The position numbers and the translations under genes were made by a program. A DNA stretch of 64,000 nt. Source: an uncultured delta proteobacterium. Lineage in GTDB: Bacteria > Desulfobacterota > Binatia > UBA9968. The notes under the pieces are model-generated. The model worked only from the letters and a program-made list of their open reading frames with translations, was not told the DNA's origin and ran no database searches. Of the stretch, positions 61,766 to 64,000 are shown one piece after another. The stretch covers positions 320,001 through 384,000 of the forward strand of contig CAVYTU010000015.1 in NCBI GenBank assembly GCA_963771465.1, given 5' to 3'. Every line of letters starts with the position of its first letter. Position 1 is the stretch's first letter.

Positions 61766-62080
61766 CTAGTTGTGAGTCCTCCAAAGTAGTACCAACGCTA
61801 CGAGCAGCAGAAGGCCACAACCCACCGGAAGAATCACGTATACAGCCTTGAGACACCATTCAACACCTATGAGAGCAAACCAGGAAGTTAGTGCCAAACC
61901 ACCGATCAAAATTAGTGCTGCACCCACAGATCGAAACAGAGGGTAAAACGTTGCCTTTTTTTCATCGGAGTCCGCGGCACGAATCTGGCCATAGACGGCA
62001 AAAAACCATCCCGAAACGATGGCCATTATTGTTAGGGAACTCTGAAACGTTAATTGGGCTATAGGGTCCACAGAAGCCAT
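61766..62080 (-). CDS. Hypothetical membrane protein (3 predicted TM helices)
   Basis: Hydrophobic segments LTIMAIVSGWFFAVY, VGAALILIGGLALTSWFALIG, AVYVILPVGCGLLLLVALVLLW. Confidence 0.75.
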   Translation of the reverse strand: MASVDPIAQLTFQSSLTIMAIVSGWFFAVYGQIRAADSDEKKATFYPLFRSVGAALILIGGLALTSWFALIGVEWCLKAVYVILPVGCGLLLLVALVLLWRTHN

Positions 62081-62105
62081 GCGTTAGCGGACTGACTCAA
62101 CTGTG

Positions 62106-62135
62106 TATATACAGTGAGGCCAAGAATTCTGTCAA
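62106..62135 (-). promoter_or_regulatory. Putative promoter of the orphan operon, overlapped by an inverted repeat
   Basis: Minus strand TTGACA-N18-TATATA; the -10 lies inside ACTGT-atatac-ACAGT. Confidence 0.5.
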
Positions 62136-62155
62136 CAATCGATTACGGCAGTGGT

Positions 62156-62536
62156 TCAGTTAGAAGTTGCATGACCCAACAAACTACCAAGCCAAATTCC
62201 TGCTAGGCCGAGACCTAATTGTAGGCAAACGTTCATTAGACTGGTGATACTCTGAGAATTTCTCGCAAGTGCAAATGTCTCCCACGCGAACGCAGAAAAG
62301 GTTGTGAATCCCCCGATTACGCCGACAAAAAGAAACAGCCGGGCATCGATGGTGAATGTCACACGCGATTCCGCAAGGCCCGCCAAGAAACCGATAACTA
62401 GGCACCCGAGAACATTGACGGCTAGCGTCCCGTACGGAAACGACGGGTCAAGGGTTTTATACGTCCAGTTGGTGAGCAAATATCTAAAAACGCCGCCGAT
62501 GAAACTACCGGCTCCAACACAGAGAATAGAGCGCAT
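62156..62536 (-). CDS. crcB: Fluoride channel CrcB/FluC
   Basis: GGVFRY, FPYGTLAVNVLGC, GGFTTFSAF. Confidence 0.96.
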   Translation of the reverse strand: MRSILCVGAGSFIGGVFRYLLTNWTYKTLDPSFPYGTLAVNVLGCLVIGFLAGLAESRVTFTIDARLFLFVGVIGGFTTFSAFAWETFALARNSQSITSLMNVCLQLGLGLAGIWLGSLLGHATSN

Positions 62537-62554
62537 CTCTAAATTCCTTTCCCT

Positions 62555-62596
62555 AAAAATAAGAAACCCCTACTTCAAAAAACACTGAAGTAGGGG
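62555..62596 (-). terminator. Riboswitch expression platform: intrinsic terminator
   Basis: CCCCTACTTCA / TGAAGTAGGGG stem followed by TTTCTTATTTTT; its 5' arm overlaps the aptamer 3' end. Confidence 0.88.
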
Positions 62597-62644
62597 TTAT
62601 CAGTTCCACCCAGCGGAACGGTTTAGCTGGCGAACTCCATCGCC
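62590..62644 (-). ncRNA. Fluoride riboswitch (crcB motif)
   Basis: Minus strand GGCGATGGAGTTCGCC-AGC-TAAACCG-TTCCGC..GTGGAA-CTGATAACCCCTAC directly upstream of crcB. Confidence 0.93.
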
Positions 62645-62875
62645 GTCGAATTTGACCTATTTTAGCTTAAACCATTTCATTCTAAAAGCTGTGACTCTGA
62701 GACCTGAACCACGACCCGAATTGTGCTTACCCTGAAGCCATTAGCCCTTCTGATACGCAATCAGCGGCGCACTTTATTCGTTTCCGCGTTGGTCGATGCT
62801 TTGGCTGGCCAGCCCGTTCGATTACTCACGCGTTTTTGTGGCGATCCGCTGGAAGGAAGGGGTATACCGCTGCCA

Positions 62876-63351
62876 CTACTTCTTCTTCTCTGGCATCGCG
62901 GAGGAGTGATGACTGGTAATGAGCCACTTCGAACCATCCCATCGGTACGTTTAGCTATACCGGCCACTGACTACTGCGCCTGTCTTGGCGAACGTAAATG
63001 TGTAGAGGCCAGCATCAACGGCGGTATTGCAGCCAATCTCTACGAAGCGCAGATCAATCTTTCCGGAGGGGCGATCCTCTACGAAATGATGAAAGTAGTC
63101 TTCTTTTTCCGCCGGAGTCAAGCGTGGTTTGTTCGAAACCGTAGGCAACAGAATGGAGCGTTCGGCATAGTTGGCAACCACCTTATGCGGATCGCCCGTC
63201 TGCAACGACTGATTCCAACGGTCAAACAATGATGCGATCTCCTTTTCGGTGGTGACCTTGCAACTTTCCGTTCGTGTGGGCTGCGCGCGTTGGAGGCAGA
63301 TGCTACAAGGACCACGTAACCAGCAAGCCAACGTAAGGGCGGATTTAACAC
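62876..63351 (-). pseudogene. SgcJ/EcaC / CaMKII-AD NTF2-like protein (iota carbonic anhydrase-like), disrupted
   Basis: LFDRWN..L.TGD, LLPTVSN, GRYS*TYRWDGSKWLITSHHSSAMPE. In-frame TAA at 62951-62953, plus a frameshift near 63285 separating a signal-peptide-like start. Confidence 0.8.
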
Positions 63352-63389
63352 ATTCCTGCCATCAGCCCCGAGCCGCGTCTTTGTGGCTT

Positions 63390-64000
63390 TTACTTTTCTC
63401 GGAGAACGCCGGTTCGTTTGTGTAGGAACCGGATGACTAGATATGAGCCGAAAGCCAAAGGGAGAAATATCGCCCATAGTGTATCGATTTCGAACCCGTG
63501 CCCGAGATATAGATCGCCGGCAGCTTCAAGCAGGAACATACTAGACGCGATCGCGATCAGTCCGTGATATTCGCGGCGAAGGACCTTTCTCCAACGAAAC
63601 GGCAACTCGGGAGCCTGCCACCGATTAAAGCGGGGTAAGAAGGCCGGCGTTTGCGATGCCCAGTCCATGTACCGCGCGCTGAACTTATTTCGGAGAAACT
63701 TTTCCTCAGCAAAAATAATCCGCTCGTAATAAAGCGCGAACACAAGCATATAAATCACCGGAATCCACCAGACTCGAAGAAATAACATCACGCCCAAGAC
63801 CATGAGGAAATTCCCCATATATAAGGGATTGCGAATGATGGAATACATCCCCGTGGTATTCAGATCGGCGGCAACCTGCCCTTTGGTATTCCTGCCGGCG
63901 GTGCCGCTCGTCGCATAACCGATCGTTAGTGCGCGAACCGCTAGCCCTGAAAACGAAATCATCAAGCAGAGTACTTCCCACAATTCATCGAGCAAATGAG
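63390..64000 (-). CDS. ICMT/PEMT-family membrane methyltransferase, lipid A phosphate methyltransferase (LmtA)-like; N-terminus probably beyond window
   Basis: GTAGRNTKGQVA..LNTTGMYSIIRNPLYMGN, YYERIIFAEE.FLR.KF...Y..WA..TPAFLP. Confidence 0.75.
   Translation of the reverse strand, partial: HLLDELWEVLCLMISFSGLAVRALTIGYATSGTAGRNTKGQVAADLNTTGMYSIIRNPLYMGNFLMVLGVMLFLRVWWIPVIYMLVFALYYERIIFAEEKFLRNKFSARYMDWASQTPAFLPRFNRWQAPELPFRWRKVLRREYHGLIAIASSMFLLEAAGDLYLGHGFEIDTLWAIFLPLAFGSYLVIRFLHKRTGVLREK

Noticed and set aside
62101-62114. Canonical LexA box
   Set aside because: 14 bp (CTGT-N6-ACAG) instead of CTGT-N8-ACAG; kept only as a generic operator candidate
62951-62953. Stop-codon readthrough or recoding in the iota-CA-like gene
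   Set aside because: TAA is not a Sec/Pyl codon, and a second lesion exists upstream

Overview
GC-rich (~58-60%) chromosomal core segment of a diderm bacterium. Protein style and gene order look deltaproteobacteria-like, possibly Binatia; this assignment is inference only. Almost everything is on the minus strand. From left to right: lptD (partial)-folC-trpABFCD-SPOR-argS; an accessory block (MORN/YwqK-like protein, Tpt1/KptA, beta-hydroxyacid dehydrogenase, cupin, cysNC-cysD); and a ~32 kb ribosomal superoperon (tRNAs-tuf-rpmG-secE-nusG-rplKAJL-rpoBC-str-S10-spc-alpha). After that come rlmB, lptFG (+), rpsI-rplM, tRNA-Asp/Val, lon-clpX-clpP-tig and tRNA-Leu. The right end is the edge of an AT-rich island, marked by a 3' tRNA-Lys(CTT) fragment (att site). 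The island carries a three-gene orphan operon, a fluoride riboswitch with crcB, a decayed iota-carbonic-anhydrase-like gene and an LmtA-like methyltransferase. The most notable observations are the orphan operon at the island edge; a ~30-bp repeat family bracketing cysD-cysNC and a 240-bp palindromic element; an SD-sequestering terminator-like hairpin between rpsG and fusA; absence of rpmD and of tuf at their usual positions; a 1-nt frameshift in secY; and a Tpt1 with an altered HGT motif.
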